The notes under the pieces are model-generated. The model did no database searches, was not told the origin of the DNA, and saw only the letters and a list, made by a program, of their open reading frames with translations. A stretch of DNA of 64,000 nucleotides from Felis catus (taxonomy: Eukaryota): contig NC_058368.1 in NCBI RefSeq assembly GCF_018350175.1, forward strand, positions 191,086,001 to 191,150,000, read 5' to 3'. The translations under genes were made by a program, and so were the position numbers. Positions 62,415 to 64,000 of this stretch are shown here, piece after piece. The first letter of the stretch is position 1, and each line of letters starts with the position of its first letter.

Positions 62415-64000
62415 ATTAATTCATCTTACTTAACCAAGGAGGTGCAAAACTTGTACAATAAAAACTACAAAACACTACTAAAGCAAAGAAAATCTCAACA
62501 AATGGAAACACAACTTATGTTCATGGGCTGAATGACTTACTAGTGTTAATACTGTTAAGATGTCAGTCAATACTACCCGAAACAATCTATAAATTCAATG
62601 CAATCCCAATCAAATCCCAATAATTTTTATTTGAATAAATGAAAAAAAAAAAAAAAAACCTCCCACGGTGCCTGCGTAGTTCACTTAGTTAAGCGTCCAA
62701 CTCTGGATTCTGGCTCAGGTCATGACCTCACAGTCGTGAGATCAAGCCTCTCACTCTGCCCCTGCCCTGATCCCCAGTCTGCTTAGGATTCTCTCCCCTT
62801 CCCCCACTCACTCATGCACATGCTCTCTCTCTAAAAAGTAAAAATAAAAAATAAATAAAAATGAAACAATCCCATGCCAGAATTCATGTGGAATCTTAAA
62901 GGATCCCAAATAGCCAAAATAATACTGAAAAAGAACAACACAGAAAGACTCATACTTGCTGATTTCAACTTGTTCTACAATGGTAGTCCCTAATTGGGAT
63001 CCCTAATTGATCCCAGTATAAAATGTAACTCAAAATGGATCAAAGACCTAAATGTAAAAACAGAAACTATAAAACTTTCAGAAGAAAACATAAGATTAAA
63101 ACTGTATACCATTGGATTTGGCAAGAATTTCTTGAATAGGACATCAAAGGCACAAGCAAGAAAATTTTAAAAAGTCGAGAAATTGGACTTCATAAGAAAT
63201 TTTGTGCATCAGAGTACACTATCAACAGAGTAAAAAGACAAGTCATCAAACAGGAGAAAATATTTGCAAATCATGTATCTCATAAGGGATTAACGTCTAG
63301 AATTTATACAGAACTCCTAAAACTCAATAAGAAAACAAACACACAATTTTGAAATGGGCAAAAGACTTCAATAAACATTTCTTCAAATAGAATACGGCCA
63401 ATAAGCACATGAAAAGATGCTCAATGTTACTAATTATTAGGACATACAAATCAAAACCACAGTGAGATATGACCTCATACCCTTTGGGATAGCTATTATT
63501 TAAACAAATGGGTTAGCAAGAATATGAAGAAACTGGAAGGCCTGCTTACTATTGATGTAAATATAAATGGTATACCCACTGCGGACAACAGTGAGGTGGG
63601 TTCCTCGGATAATAGAAAGAAAATTACCCTATAATCTAGCAATTCCATTTTTGGATATATACCCAAAAGAATTGAAAGTAGGGCCTCAAATATTTGTATT
63701 TGCACACCTATGGTATCTGTACACCCATGTGTGTAGCCGTATTACTCACAGTGGTGAAAATAAGGAAACAACTATCCGCCAAAAGATGAATGGATAAACA
63801 GACTGTGGTATGTACATACAACGATGATGAAGCCTTAAGATGTAAGGAAATTGTAACATCTATTACAATATACATGGACCTGAACATTATGCTGAGTGAA
63901 ATAAGGAGTCCCAAGAGAACAAATATTGTATGATTCCAACCATGTGAGGTACTTAGAATAGTCAAAATGATAGAGGCAGAAGTGGAATGGTAGTTGCCAG
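62415..64000 (+). mobile_element. Old L1 (L1MB-type) ORF2 3' half running off window end
   Basis: 'aaaactacaaaacactac', 'aaattcaatgcaatcccaatcaaatccc', 'aactcaaaatggatcaaagacctaaatg', 'gaaaagatgctcaa', translation 'RKLPYNLAIPFLDIYPKELK'. Confidence 0.88.
62667..62860 (+). mobile_element. CAN-SINE (diverged) in L1
   Basis: GGTGCCTG..TAGTTAAGCGTCC...GGCTCAGGTCATGACCTC core, A-rich tail. Confidence 0.85.

Noticed and set aside
1..64000. CRISPR array, operon, prokaryotic or viral defence system, or other novel multi-gene system
   Set aside because: The sequence is mammalian repeat-rich non-coding DNA. No regularly spaced repeat-spacer array, long intact ORF or viral coding remnant was seen.

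Overview
Repeat-rich, non-coding mammalian genomic DNA, almost certainly from a felid (cat family). It carries about 25 tRNA-derived carnivore CAN-SINEs of feliform type, many with intact target-site duplications (TSDs). It also holds about 15 LINE-1 pieces of different ages, including one near-full-length decayed L1 at ~51.9-59.9 kb, plus L2/MIR/CR1 relics, MER-type DNA transposons, MaLR/MER21-like LTR fragments, microsatellites and a 553-bp polypurine tandem array. The only RNA-gene homology is a 3'-truncated U2 snRNA retropseudogene (25518-25574, minus strand, perfect 11-bp TSD). I could not support any protein-coding exon: the listed ORFs are simple-repeat, SINE or decayed L1 ORF1/ORF2 translations, or chance ORFs. 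I found no evidence of a new biological system. The most interesting signals are retrotransposition footprints: a ~70-bp TSD, a twin-primed 5'-inverted L1, a younger L1 joined in register inside an older L1, and a SINE-associated target deletion. There is also a perfect extended NRF2/ARE motif inside a MIR-like relic, and a strong plus-strand L1 bias that hints the window is intronic to a minus-strand transcript. Repeat subfamily names are recalled from consensus motifs, not from a database search, and boundaries of old repeats are approximate.
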